A DNA stretch of 64,000 nt, from assembly GCA_013265495.1 (NCBI GenBank), contig MU058540.1, positions 2,009,696 through 2,073,695 on the forward strand. The letters run 5' to 3'. Position 1 is the stretch's first letter. The number at the start of each line of letters is the position of its first letter. Both the position numbers and the translations under genes were made by a program. The notes beneath the pieces were generated by a model. The model saw nothing but the letters and a program-made list of their open reading frames with translations, did not search any database and was not told the origin of the DNA. The stretch comes from Vicugna vicugna. Taxonomy: Eukaryota. Shown one piece after another: positions 50,840 through 64,000 of the stretch.

Positions 50840-51065
50840 TAGCTCTCAGCGGGTGACTTTAATTCCCCCTTTCCATCAGGGATATCTGGGGATGTCTAGA
50901 GATTTGGAGTCTGTCATAACTAGGAGGGTGCTACTGAAATCTAGTGGGTAAAGGCCAGGGACACTACCAAACAGCCTACAATGCACAGGACAGCCCCCAC
51001 AACCAAGAACTATCTAGCCCATCTGGACCAAAATGTCAGTAGTGCCGAGGATGGGAAAAGCTGCC
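50840..51065 (+). mobile_element. MER20 (hAT-Charlie)
   Basis: atctagtgggtaaaggccaggga...acaatgcacaggacagcccccacaac...aaaatgtcagtagtgccgagg. Confidence 0.8.
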
Positions 51066-51539
51066 CTAGAGCGGCTTACAGACAGGGGGCTCATGGCTGG
51101 GGGCAAGGAATTTGGTGGATCTGGGTCAAAGGAGGCACCTAATTGTCCTGGTTATCATTGATGGGATTAAAGAAGACTAAAGGATTTATTTCTACAATCT
51201 CTCCTGGGTTCAAATGAAGAAATTCTGTGAGATGTATGTGGAGCACATAATTCTGGGGAGGTGTAAGCTCACCTCGAACTGTTTGGGAAGCATCTAACCT
51301 GACTTCCTATTACAAGGAAAGTTGTCTGACTTATGCTAGATCAGGCTGGGCAAGGAAGGACCCAGGACACACAAATTGATCTGACTGAAAGACAGCACAC
51401 CACAAATGGAATTCCAGGACTTAACTAAAAGACAAGCTGGGCTACAGTAACAGAAGCAATCCAGAATTAATGTTTTTAAATTAAGAGCTGCCTGCAAAGA
51501 GTAGAGATACAAATAATGACTTATTAACGACCATTAAGC

Positions 51540-51720
51540 CTTTACGTGCATATGAGAAGCACTTGTATCCTAAGTTCTTACCAACTGCTCCCTTTTTACA
51601 GATGAAGAAACTGAGGCTCAGAAAGAAGTGCTTCCTGAGAGTCACATTAAGAGGCAGTGGTAGAGCTGGGATTTAAATCTGGACTCTGCCCCCAAGAAAA
51701 TTGTTATTTTTTGACCACAC
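51540..51720 (-). mobile_element. MIR SINE
   Basis: Core ttttacagatgaagaaactgaggctcaga. Confidence 0.75.
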
Positions 51721-52419
51721 TGCCTCATAATTAGACTCTATGGCTCTTGACAGCCTGTGTTTTTGTTTGGCATTGGTGCAAGACAGAAGATAAGAAAAGG
51801 AAGAAAAAAGTTAAAATGAGCCATACTTTACCCAAAACAAAAAATATTAAGTCAAAGTATTTAAAATAATATAAGGACACTTCCCAATGAGAAGCGAGAA
51901 AATGGGTTCTCTGGAAGTATGTTTTGAATTTATTGTGAAAACATCCTGCAAAAGTACCTATCAGAATCAAGAGGAGGTACATGCCCTGGAAATCTTTTAG
52001 AGAATGAAATACAGATGACATTGAGAATAACAACATATATTTGCAACAGCAACACGCAGATGTAATGTCTCTGTAAGTGGGAATCTGAGTAAGTCAAGCA
52101 AATTCACTGCACAGGCTCACAACGCACCTGTGGGCAGGGATGCTCTACATGCATGGATAACCTCACGCAGTGCATGTGTGGACGGTCTCAGGTTGCAGAC
52201 TTTATATAACTCCTCAACATATTAAGCAGAAGCCTTTCTAACTATGCTAAGTTATTTCCATAAAACGTATGAAAAAAACCTTTTATACCTAGAAATTCAT
52301 GAAAACTTGTCAACTACTTTTATGCCTCAAAAGATCTGAAAAATCTGCCGTATGTTAAAACAGAGTTTCCTTTTTCTTACGGTCTCAAGGTAAAATGGAA
52401 GAGAAAAACAGTCATCACA

Positions 52420-52590
52420 ACAGCAATAATAGCTAGTACACTGAGGGTTAGGATGTGCCAGGCACTTTGCTAAGTTCTTTACCTGCATTATCTCACTTAG
52501 GCCTCCACAACTTTAGGAGGTAGACACCATTATCTCCATTTTACAGAAAGGGAAACTGAGGCTTAGGAGAGTCAAGTGCACACAGATGGT
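52420..52590 (-). mobile_element. MIR SINE
   Basis: Core ccattttacagaaagggaaactgaggcttagg. Confidence 0.75.
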
Positions 52591-54080
52591 AAGTTGCATA
52601 GTTGGGAGGCGTGTGTGTGGGGTTAACCACTAATCATACAACAAATAGTTTAAACTTACAAAGAACAATTTGCATTAATAAATATAAGGATAATTCCTGT
52701 TTCTCTTTCATTAAATTTGGGCCATCTGCTCCCACAACTGGTTTGTCAGCTAGGTTAAAATATAATGAACTGATTCATACAATATCTGCTCACAATGTAT
52801 GCAGAACTTCTCTTCAAGGAGCTTAAATCTGCAAACATACATGGGTCATAAAAATCACTCTCTTTATATGAGTTTAGAACTACTGCAATTTTGGAATGCT
52901 GGAATAAAAATAACTAAATATTATTTGGACAGGGAGGAGATACCCTTCTCTATGCACCACCTCATTTAAAAAGTTCTGTATAAAAAGAGAGAAATAGGTT
53001 CATTTAGGAGTGAACTACAAATACACAGTAAATGCAAATAAAACACACTGAGGTGGGAATACACTAGTGGAATATAACAGAATAAAAGAAGGTATTAAGT
53101 AAAGGCTGCCTCAGTGAAGGCTCTAAAGGGTTGGAGGTGTAGAGCATTTTGCAAGAATTTTCAAGTGGGTAGTGGCATGGCTAAAATGTCACTTGAGAAA
53201 TACGATTATGGCTCAAGTGTGAGGGCAGAGGTAAATATGCCGCTGGATTACTACCGAGGCCACACAAAGGCAAGCGACTGTACAAAAGGCACAATATTAC
53301 CGATTGGTAAGTGCAGGTCATCAAGATTCTCAGTAACTAAAAATCCTACTGACTGAAATCCAAGGAGCCAGAGAGGGAGGAGACACCAGATAAGCAGATG
53401 CACTTTCACGCAATCAGAATCAAAACACCCTGGTTTCTCTCAAGGGTCCATTTCTCAAGATAGAAGGGTTGGATTCATGGTATAATTTTGGATCTAAAAA
53501 TAATACCAAACATGTTTTCACAAGAGAGACTGTCAGTGTCTGATAGTTCTAAGCTTGGAAGTGCTAATGGATATCCTTATGATGGGAAAATTTCAGGCAA
53601 AAATGAGTCATCTCCGCTGCCTTTAGATCCAGGAAGAACACTCTTTTTTCAGGGACTTTGTATAAGAACAAGTGGCACAAATTCAAGTGGCAATAAATCA
53701 TCCAAATGCTCTTTCTACTTCCAACCCCCATGTTTCACTGCCTCCTGCCTAATTTACAGAAAAGGGGAGGGCGGGTAAGAGAATCAAGTGAGAAGGGCCA
53801 ATAGCTACCTGTCTTGGCAATATGGAAGGTAAAACAAAGAAAAGCAAAACTTGCTGGTCAGTCTTATCCTAAACACACATCAATCACGTAAATAGGCTTT
53901 TAAACCTCTGTAATATTATAAGGCCCATTAATTCACTCCACTAACTGCAGCCTGATTTAATTAATTGTTTCCATTATTGGCATTAACTTCACTGAAAATA
54001 CCAAAACGCTGAGTGAAAAAGCAAGTGTACCCCTGTTCTTTAGATAACTTCACCGTATACTGAACTGGTACGCTGCTTAC

Positions 54081-54237
54081 CGTGGTCCAAGATATAAAAT
54101 ACATTGTTCCTCACGCTGCATTTTCTCCAGAGCTTTGTCAATTCCAATTGGAATGTCGTGGTCTTCTCCTTCGCCAACGATGAACCCTACATCTCTGCAA
54201 TCAAACATCCTTCCTCCACAGCGGCCTTCCAGGTGGA
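54081..54237 (-). CDS. FKBP5: FKBP5 coding exon 6 (FK2 domain, ~aa 170-222)
   Basis: Translates [52 protein letters not shown]; acceptor tcctctccctcag|, donor CG|gtaag; 157 nt. Confidence 0.97.
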
Positions 54238-57200
54238 CTGAGGGAGAGGAGACAGGATGGTCAACAGAGCTGCTCATGACTAGATAATTTAGGGAAGTGA
54301 TAAGTGAGGACTTCCCCTTATTTCATCTAGAGACATACGTGGTCTCACATGAAATCATATTTCTTTCTGTTTAAGTTTAAACTTATAATTACTGATAACG
54401 GTATCAATAAGATAGCTTAGTGGATAATAAAGTGGAAACATAGGTTTAATTTAAACATACTGTATGACAGAGGTTTCCTCACCTATAATACAAGATCAAG
54501 AGATACTAGGTTATTTAATAGGTAATTATCAAAATGCCACATATTTAATATCAAACATATAAAGGCTTAAATATTTGTGACTATATCATAGCTTTAGATG
54601 CTTGGGTTGAAAACATCTGAATGGCTGTGATATACAAAGGTTAACTGAATACAGAAGCTCTTTTTTTTTTTTTTAAGAGTCTTAATCTCATTCACAAATA
54701 TGTTTGCATAGAAATGGAAAACCCAAAGGCAGCATCATCAATAACTAACATAGCTATATCCCTTAGTGGAGTAATAAATGCAAAATGTGAAGGAATCAAT
54801 AGTCTACTACAACTTTACAAATCAAATTACTCAACCACCTCCTCTGAAATGTTAAGTGAAGAGGTCAGTTTCTTGGGGCCTACTTCTTCCCCACTCCATT
54901 CAGACTCACTCAGCTCATTCCAGGGGTAATTTCATATTAGAGAAGGGGCTTTTATGTTTTTTTTTTTAAAGACAAAATAGGAAAAACACATATAGATATG
55001 TATTTTTTTCTTGACTGGCTAAGACTTTTTTTCTGGCATAAACAATTCTCTGAAACTTTCCAGCTACTTTTAATATTAAGGATAACCATTCCTTTCCATT
55101 TAGGTCTTTGACTCAGTATGAAAAATGAATGACTTGTATGACTGCATGACAGTCAACAAGCAATATGATAATTTGTCTTTATTCCTACTTCTGTAATGTA
55201 ATGGCCTTGATTTGAGTGTAACCATTTCCTAAAATGCTTCTTTTCTAAGACTGGTTGCTCTACTTTAGATCAATAACTTGCTTTAGAGAGACTGCAAATC
55301 ACTTATTCTGTTACATTCATTCTATGAGACAATTATTCTCCAAATACAAATTCAATTCCAACTTACTTTACTTTTGAACTACTTGATCTCAAAGGTCCCC
55401 TAAAGCTCTAAAATTCTACAATTCTATGACCCAGTATCAGAACTCTTGACATAGGCCAGAAACCTGCTTCAAAACTAATTCCTGTAGTTAATCATTTGAT
55501 CGGGTTACCTTTAGCCCAGGCCTGGGAAATGAGAGAAACCCTGAAGAGTAAACAGCAGTGGCACAGACACTAGGGGCCAAGATGTCACATAGACATTTAT
55601 GCTTTGAAGTTCTCTCCCCTTTTCTAAATAACTTGGATTAATACCATACTGACTTGCTCCCATCATGGCCATAGGCTGGAGTCAAAGAAGCTTGGGCCAA
55701 ACTCACGAAGGCCTGACTCTTGAGTCAGATGCTCTAAACAGGTGCAAGAGCTAGACTGGCTTTCAGGGTGGAGCTGGCATACAGAGATTTTGTTCTTTGC
55801 CCCATTCTCATATATGCAGATGACACTCTGTTATATTCACTTTTGGAATGTTCTAGATAAAATACAACTTAGCTTGCAATACAGTGAAAGTTCTTTTGAA
55901 ATGGAAAATAGTTTCAAAATAAATTCCAATTTTATTATTTTCAAATATATACATTCTAGAGAGGGTCTGCAGGGAATCCAAGGCTTAAGATATTTTTACT
56001 ACAGTAAAAGCTGATGTTTCTAAAGAATTTGAGAGTTCTGAAAAGTTTGTGTTCTTAAATATTTTAAAATCTACCCCCAAAGTTTAATTTAGACTAATGT
56101 GATGACACTTTTCATGAAAAGAGATTTCATTCAAAGTGAATTTCAGCCCACATATTGTGGAGTATATCAAGTATTGAAATTTATTATCTTAGTAGCTCAC
56201 AATTTAGTTGACAGATCTTTTTGTGTGAGGTTTATTGTTAGAAGTACTTTCCTCCCTGAAGGAGAGCACATTTAATGGGGGAGGAAACTATCAGTACATT
56301 CGTTGTGGTTTTTGGTTGATCAAGTCTCAATGTGTTTTCAAAACAGGAAATCCAGAGACTCTGCAAAGGATTCCTGCCTGTGTGTCAGTTTCCTAGGCAG
56401 GTTTTCAGCCTGATGCATGTACTTGATATTAAAATTATAAAAATAATCTCAGAAATTCTCTTTACATGTGATAACTCTTCATATTTGGGAAAGAAAAGAT
56501 TGGCTGTTAATAAACATGCTAAGAAAGACAAGTGAAGCAAGCAAGCAAGCAAGCTTAAAACAAAAGCTCACTGCAGCTGGTCTTTGAGAGAGACAATAAA
56601 TGACAGGCCCAATGTTTGTGGCCACCTATTAGGAAGGTAAAAATTTGCAATAACTTTTATAAATACTTACTACCTTATACAGGGACTAATCTTTTTTCCA
56701 ATAAAATGTCTTTTAAGTTGACCCTGAACAAGCACTACCCACAGTACCACAAACTCTTAAATTGATAAAATAATATGCATGCACACACACACATCTATAT
56801 GTGTATATATAAAACCATCACCTTTTAATTATGACATTATCTGCAATGTCAGAGTAAGAGGAGGTATCATAGCCTCAGGGAGAATAGAGCCCATGGATTC
56901 TTTACATCTACAAGTAGCAAAGGCTATCACTCAGTTAACTGGTTTCTAAACTTGGAACACTGGTGTGACAAGTTCTACAGGACTGCTGACAAGAACTCAC
57001 ACACCACCTTGGAGCCACAGAAATGCTTGCCTATTGCCACAGCAGGGCCCCCATCATGGTGATAGATGCAGACACACCTAGTTCCTACAGATTCAGGTTT
57101 TTTTTTTTTTAAAGGTCTCAACAATTGCTACCAAAGAAAACTGTAGCAGCCCTGGCTGTGGAAGACCTGTGGTTGCTTTTGACCTTGTATCTCTTAGTGC

Positions 57201-57627
57201 AAATACTCACTTAATAAATATTTAATAATAACCATCATGACTCACTGGGAGCTCGGCCTCCAGGGCTCAGGAGGTCTGTTGCTAATTCCAACCAGCATGA
57301 TTTACGGGAAGTAAATGATCTATGACGTGCCCAAAGAGAATAAAAGTACATACAGGATGCTTCTACTTAGGGCTTTTTTGGGAGAGAAAGAAATATGCAA
57401 GTTAAAAAGGGACAACATTTTCTTTTGAGTTAAAGTCTACGTAACTTAAAGAGGGGAGGTTCTCCAAACCCCACGAAGTCAAACCAAACCAAATTACCCG
57501 AGCTTTGCTGCGCAATCCGAGTGTAACCACATCAAGTGAGCCCAGTCTGCTGCAAAACATCACTTAAACTGGAGCTCTGACTTATTGTTCTCTTACTGCC
57601 CTAGAGCAATTTTGTTTTGAAGAGCAC

Positions 57628-57642
57628 AGAACACCCTGTTCT
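57628..57642. promoter_or_regulatory. Consensus palindromic GRE/ARE/PRE in intron 5
   Basis: AGAACA ccc TGTTCT, exact inverted half-sites with 3-bp spacer; FKBP5 intron 5 hormone-response enhancer is established. Confidence 0.93.
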
Positions 57643-57658
57643 GAATGTGGCTGGCACA

Positions 57659-57673
57659 TGAACTCGATGTGCT
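57659..57673 (-). promoter_or_regulatory. Second intron-5 GRE
   Basis: TGAACT cga TGTGCT (reverse complement AGCACA tcg AGTTCA), 16 bp from the consensus GRE. Confidence 0.8.
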
Positions 57674-58494
57674 GACAGCAATTTGTACTCCGATTAAAAT
57701 GGGGGGAAAAGGAAAGAGAGTGCACTGCAGTAAGGGAAAAAAAAAACTGGAATTCAAGAAACCAAAAGCTGTATAATTTGTATTTTAGGAAGCAAAACTG
57801 AGAGAGGTTCCATAACCTTAAAAAAAAAAGTGCTGTAAATGCTCCAGCCTAAAAGACATTAGCTCTGGTAAGTGTTTTTCCCTTTTCTAATTATAGTAGT
57901 TGGTGTCTGATAGCTTTGCACTCATTCCTGAAACAATTACTAGGTCATGGGGATCTGAATGGGAATGTTGTAATGGCATTACTACTACACAAGATGGGTC
58001 ATTTAGCCAGAGAAAACCAGGTTGTGACAGGTTACTCCCACTCGGCAAGGGTTTTCTCTGCTGCCTAATTCATGCCAAGTGAGTTTCTCTCTGCCTGCCT
58101 AACAAAGCAGGAGCATCCAAGAGACAGTGGGATCTTAACGACCCCCTGAAAAGGCAAATGGGGAAGCAGAGGCAGATTTCTAAAATCAGGAGGGGCATAT
58201 TAATCACTGATTAGAAGAGAAACTCCTCATCAGGCATGATGCTTAATTTCCCCAAAACTGCCTCCTGTCCTCCTCTGCACCATTCTGTACTCTTCGAGAT
58301 GAACAAATACCTAAGACTGCTTATGGCACTGAGGGACAGATGCTGACTGAGAGCAGGCATGGAACCTGGCTCCTTGAAGAGAATAACATTTATGCAGACG
58401 ATTACATCTTAGTTTACACAGGAAGCATACACACAGCAATAAATTCTACACCAACCCAAATCCTCACCACTCTTCTCTTTACACCAGTATAGCG

Positions 58495-58690
58495 CTTTAG
58501 TTAGACCTGGATTCCAGGCCCATTCTGCCACTTAACTATTGTGGCTTTGGGCAAGGCCATTTAAATTATCTGAAGCTCAGTTTCTACATCTCTACAATAG
58601 GGGAAATAACATTAGCTACCTCATAACCATTGAGAGGATTAGATTAAGTACTGAATTAAAGCTTTTAGCCCAATAGCTGGCATGCATTCA
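58495..58690 (+). mobile_element. MIR SINE
   Basis: gacctggattccagg...ctcagtttctacatct. Confidence 0.7.
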
Positions 58691-60463
58691 TTTATGCGTC
58701 AGAGCAGCGACTATATGAAAATACTGTCACGTGTGGATATAGAGATGGACCCAATGAATGTTAGCTATGATTATTTTCCTGCAATTAGTGGTAAATTATA
58801 CCAGATCAACCATGTTTTAGAACGTGGTATAAGAAACTACTTAAAGTCTCCACAGAAAGAGGTGTCAAAGTATGAACAAAATTCAAAGTGGGCAGAGGCA
58901 GTATCTTCTTTTGGATCTCACAGGGCCCAAACACACAGTTCAGGGCCAGAAAGTAAATATTTATTTAATGATTAATTTGAAAATAGGACATTAAGGAAAA
59001 CTGCAGTAATTTTCACTCATTTATAGGAATTTTCCTTTTTGAATATATTAGCATTTCTTTTCTTTTTTTGCCTGATAATGTTTTCACTTATGAAATTTAA
59101 AAAATTTATACCATTTTAAAGGTTATTTTCCATTTATAGTTATTACAAAATAATGTAATTGGCTCTATTCCCCGTGCTGTACAATATACCTTCGAGACAA
59201 TCTTATACCCAACAGTGTGTACCTCCCACTCCTCCACCCCTACTGTTGCTCCTTTTAAATAACAAAAGCTTATTTTCTATTAAGACTTTACCCAAAGACT
59301 TGAAGATCTCTTTTTGGAAGAAAGGAGCTATATAAATCCAACATATTTGAAAGAATAAACACTATCCATTTTAGACCAAGTACCATACTACACTATTTTG
59401 TGAAAAATGGTTTCAAGAATTTAATTTCTCTTATTGGACAAAATTTGCCAGGACATTGATAAACACTTCAAAAGTATGGGAAAAACAAAACCAAAAAGCC
59501 CTCATACCTCTATCAGATCTCAATATGGGCATACATGAAATCTTTCCTCTGTTTAAAATCTTTGGACCATTTTGTTTTTTAATGTAATAACAGCTGGATT
59601 TTGTTGTCATCATTGTTTTATCCTTACGAGGATTTCTGCCCTTAATAGGTGGCTTTTTCCCCATTCATATTTTTTGTAATCACTGGCATGACTGATTTTA
59701 TTCCTACCATCTTATTTTAGGTTTCCTACATAATGTTTTCTTGTTATTTTTCTTTTATTACTTTTTCTAGATTGAGCAAATTTTCCTTGTTCCTCTACTT
59801 TCCCACTCCACCCTGGGTGGTCTCGGAGTTCTACATGCTATTCTTACTCGTATCTAACGTTAAATTTTAAACAAATCATTCAGTGTTATACATACACATG
59901 TACATTCATGTTTATCTATATTAACTAATCAGCATAATATCTCCTGGAATAAGAAAATCACTTTCCTCTTCATTTTCCATCTGCACGACATTTTGTTTAA
60001 ATGACTCAGAACCTAGCTCCGTACTATTAAACTATTATTATTTTTAATGTTATAGTTCTACCATTTCAGGGATCTTTCAAGATAAATTTCTAACTTCATG
60101 GTCATGTTATGGAAGTTACTTTTACGCCCACTAGTGTTTCTTATGCTTTGAATCTTCAGTTCTTGGCTTTATTTTTTTGTGATGTTTTAGTATATCCTAT
60201 AGTATTATTTTTTTCAAAAAGGGCACAAGTCTACAAATTCCAAAGTTAATTTTGTTCTCATATTTAAATGGTAATTTGGCTGAGCATAGAATCCTAGGTT
60301 CAAAATACTCATAGACAGTGCTCAAAGCATTGTCTTTTCATGTTTAGTGTCACAAATTAGAAGTTTGATGTCATTTTGATTCTCATTCCTTTGCATCTAG
60401 CTTGATTCTCCTTCGAAGAGTTCAAAATTTTCTTTCAACCTATGGAATTAAGAAATTTCACCA

Positions 60464-60937
60464 AATACACACACACACAAAGAAATACTATTCAGCCATA
60501 AAAAAGAATGAAATCCAGCCATTTGCACCAACATGGATGGACTTAGTATTATGCTAAGTGAAATAAGTCAAAGACAAATACCATGTGATTTCACTTACTT
60601 GTGGAATCTAAAAAACAAAGCAAATTAACAAATATAACAGAAACAGAGTTACAGGCACACAAACAGGTGGTTGCCAGAGGTGAGAGGGGTAGGGAGACAG
60701 GGAAACCAGTGAGGGAGATAAAGAGGTATAAATTTCACTAGAAATTAAGTCAGGGAATATAATTACAGCATGTGGTCAATATATGTAGTAATAGAGTTAA
60801 TACTGTAATTTTGTATGGTGACAAATGGTAACTTGACTTATCATGGTTATCGTTTTGTTAATGTATAAAAATACTGAATCACTATGTTGTACACCTGAAA
60901 CTAATATATTATAAGTCAATTATACTTCAATTAAAAA
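60464..60937 (+). mobile_element. L1 3' end inserted into an older HAL1/L1ME-like relic
   Basis: TSD aagaaatttca(c/t)ca at 60450-60463 and 60938-60951; poly-A end. Confidence 0.85.
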
Positions 60938-61924
60938 AAGAAATTTCATCAGGATGTATCTTTAAAATGAAAAAGCACTTCTTACTCCTGTATGCCACTA
61001 TAAACTAAGACTTTCAATCTAAAGGCTCTCCTATTTTCTCTAGGAAATTTTCTTCTATTATGCATTTGGTTATATACAAACTGTCTATCTTTGACTTATT
61101 ATCACAGTCTTCTAATTTTTCTTTCATTTTTCATCTCTTGGGTGTTTTGTTTTTTTCTTTTTGCTCTGTGTTCTGAGATATTGTTGACTATCTTTCATAT
61201 TACCAAGTCAGGATTCTGGGGCTGTCCATTTTGATTTTCAACCCTTCCTCTGGATTCCAATTTTGATAATCATATTCTTAACTTCCAGAAACTTTCTTCT
61301 CTTTCCTTGTCCAGAGAAGCTGGTTTTTGACTTAGAATTTTAATATCCTGTTAAATATCTATTAAGATAGTAATTAGTATTTTGAAAATCTTCTATTTCT
61401 TCTTAGTTCACCTCAGTGCTTGTTTCATGGTATCTGCTGATGATTCTGTATTGTTTGGTCATATGATAAAGGAAAGATTCAGAAAGATCAAGTGATTATA
61501 GTTTATAGTTACCTGACACAGTTTTTCTAAGCATTTGGATATACTTCCATGCTAGGCCCATTCCCAAAGGAGGTGGGTTGACTGTGGAGCTCTCTGGGTG
61601 AAGATTCCACAAGCACTTACTGTGCATTTACTACGTGCTGAGCATGATATCCAAAGGAAGGCTGGGGATACCATTTTCCACTGGTGATGTAGGAAGAAGT
61701 TTTACTTTAGGAACCAAACACTTTAGCATATTACTGAAAGAGCAGGGCTGCTCTTTCACTTGTTTCCCCTTCAAATCTGTTTTAAAAGTTCAAAGCTACT
61801 TTATGCTTTCATGTTATAGTGCAAGTCCTAACGTGTGGAGTCTTCTGAGGCCCATCTTTATTTTATTTAAAAAACCTGGCCTAACTCACTTTAGCCTGAG
61901 AGCGAAAGTCACAGCCAGAGCCTA

Positions 61925-62110
61925 TAGTAATTTTCAAGCCTTGGCTGCAAACTAGAATTACCTGGGGAGTTTAAAAAACATACTTGTGCCTGGAGTACCA
62001 CCCTTTGAGATTTGAGATTCTTATTTAACTGGTCTGGGCTGAGACGTAGGCATCAGGGTTTTAAAAGCTCCCCAGGTAATTCTAAATTCAACCAAAGTTG
62101 AGAACTACTA
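61925..62110. mobile_element. MER5A-like hAT element
   Basis: ttggctgcaaactagaattacctggggag...aaaagctccccaggtaattctaa...gttgagaactact. Confidence 0.7.
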
Positions 62111-63108
62111 CACTAGAGGTCTGCTGGCCCAGAAGTTCCATATTGTTTTATAACCACCCTGATGATTGCCCCATAGTCTGCTTTGGCTCCCGTGCACCAG
62201 CTGACTGAGCTTGGAGTTCTGCCCAAGCTCACTGAGAAGAACGGCATGTACCTCTGCAGAGGTCTTCTCTACACCTGTTGTGGGTTGGGTTTCCTGAGTC
62301 TAGTTTCCATCAGTCCAATTTTATCTACTTTACATATTCCAGAAATTCTTCCTAATTTCTGATCCACTTCTGGTATTCTTCCTTTTTTCCAGCACTAATA
62401 TGGATTTCTTCCTCTTTTTTTGAAATCATTCTCCACCCTTCACCTCCCACCATCTCTTATTTCAGCAGGATTTGGAGAGGGAAAGGGGGTGAGAGGGAAG
62501 GGTACTCCAACGACTTCAATCCCTGCAGATCACTCTGCTGAAATGTTCACATTAGAAAATACTGCCAATTGCGTGCATTCTTTGCATTCAAATGTGGTTG
62601 AAAGCACTGTGAAGCAAGAGGCAAGAGAGCCACACACAGCTGGCATTTTGATGTGCCTACTTCAAGCACTAAGTTAACAAATCAGAAGATGTGAAAGATG
62701 GGAGCTGGGGGAAGAGAAACTGGTAGCTATTCACAACCTTATGTCAGACAGATTGGATTTTCTAAGAAAGCAAAGCTTAAAAGCAACAATTTAGCCACTA
62801 CTGGCACTTAAACTAAAGTATGATGACTAAAGTATCAGTTATCATGATAATGTCAATTAGAGTATCTTAGAACACAGTGACTTTTTTTTTAATAGAAAAA
62901 GGACAACACAATAAAAATTACAAGATGGTCATCTTAATTGACACAAAAAAAGCACACTGGAACAGAATCTAAAAATTGATTTGCAAGCATAAGGATCTTG
63001 ACAGAGAGAGTAAAAATCACAATTTCTTTAAGAAATTATAAATCCTGTCAAATTAATGTTAAGTTCTCTCTACCACATAGAAACAAATTATTGAAAGGAA
63101 GCAAAAGA

Positions 63109-63251
63109 TCACAGGGAACTATATTCAATATCTTGTAGTAACCTATAATGAAAAAGAATATGAAAATGAATATATGTATATGTATGACTGAAACATTATG
63201 CTGTACACCAGAAACTGACACAACATTGTAAACTGACCACACTACAATAAA
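63109..63251 (+). mobile_element. Short young L1 3' end
   Basis: Perfect 15-bp TSD aaaggaagcaaaaga at 63094-63108 and 63252-63266. Confidence 0.88.
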
Positions 63252-63375
63252 AAAGGAAGCAAAAGACCATAATTCAATAAAAGGCTTTTGACTCAGTCCA
63301 TAACTTTATTCTTCAAAAAACAAAAATCCTAGAGAAATATGATTTAGGGTAAAATTACTATTAAGAAGATACATA

Positions 63376-64000
63376 ACCAATACCATGCTGTCTTGATGAC
63401 TGTAGCTCTATAGTATTGCCTGAAGTCTGGAAGAGTTATTCCTCCAGCCTCTTTTTTTCTCTTCAGTAATGCTTTGGCAATTATAGGTCTTTGATGGTTC
63501 CATATAAATTTTATTATTTGTTCTAGTTCTGTGAAATATGTCCTGGGTAATTTGATAGGGATTGCATTAAATCTGTAGATTGCCTTGGGCAGTGTGACCA
63601 TTTTAACAATATTGATTCTTCCAATCCAAGAGCATGGGATATCTTTCCATTTTTTTAAGTCTTCTTTAATTTCCTTCATCAATGGTTTATAGTTTTCTGT
63701 GTATAATTCTTTCACCTCCTTGGTTAGATTTATTCCTAGGTATTTTATTACTTTGGGTGCTATTTTAAAGGGGATTGTTTCTTTACTTTCTTTTTCTGTT
63801 GATTCATCATTAGTGTAAAGAAATGCCACTGATTTTTGAATGTTAATCTTGTAACCTGCTACCTTGCTGAATTCTTCGATCAGCCCTAGTAATCTTTGTG
63901 TGGACCTTTTAGGGTCTTCTATATATAGTAACATGTCGACCAATGGAACAGAATAGAGAGCCCAGAAATGAAACCACAAACTTTTGGTCAACTAATCTTT
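63376..64000. mobile_element. Young L1 with 5' inversion (minus 63376-63937, plus 63931 to window end)
   Basis: Minus part has an uninterrupted ORF2 frame [10 protein letters not shown]...KTAWYW; plus part continues [23 protein letters not shown]. Confidence 0.9.

Noticed and set aside
54025..54039. GRE-like GTGTACcccTGTTCT near the exon 6 donor
   Set aside because: Left half-site is out of register for a 3-bp-spaced palindrome; only one good half-site
63344..63991. 215-aa ORF, the longest in the track
   Set aside because: Chimeric artefact: antisense L1 codons fused across the inversion junction to an L1 ORF2 segment; not a gene
1..64000. CRISPR arrays, operons or prokaryotic-type systems
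   Set aside because: Sequence is mammalian; no regularly spaced repeat-spacer array seen

Overview
Mammalian genomic DNA, most likely a camelid, inferred from at least 11 copies of a Vic-1-like tRNA-derived SINE. The right half (about 35.1-64 kb) holds the 3' part of FKBP5 (FKBP51, Hsp90 co-chaperone) on the minus strand: coding exons 6-11 (human numbering; 157, 91, 84, 186, 240 and 108 coding nt, all GT-AG), a ~2.2 kb 3'UTR and the intron 5 and intron 7 steroid-receptor enhancers. Exons 1-5 lie beyond the window end. The left half (1-32.5 kb) is intergenic and mostly nested repeats: L1 stacks, an ERVL gag-pro-pol relic, LTRs, DNA transposons and SINEs. I found no wholly new biological system. 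The best observations are: an intact exon6-to-exon8 frameshift/read-through frame matching the human FKBP51s C-terminus; a CpG-rich intron-7 GRE beside a phased half-site array; miR-99/100 sites distal to a proximal poly(A) signal; an inverted SINE pair plus a SINE-derived GTAAGT donor in intron 9; and a young twin-primed (5'-inverted) L1 in intron 5. Repeat subfamily names and human comparisons come from recall and were not searched.
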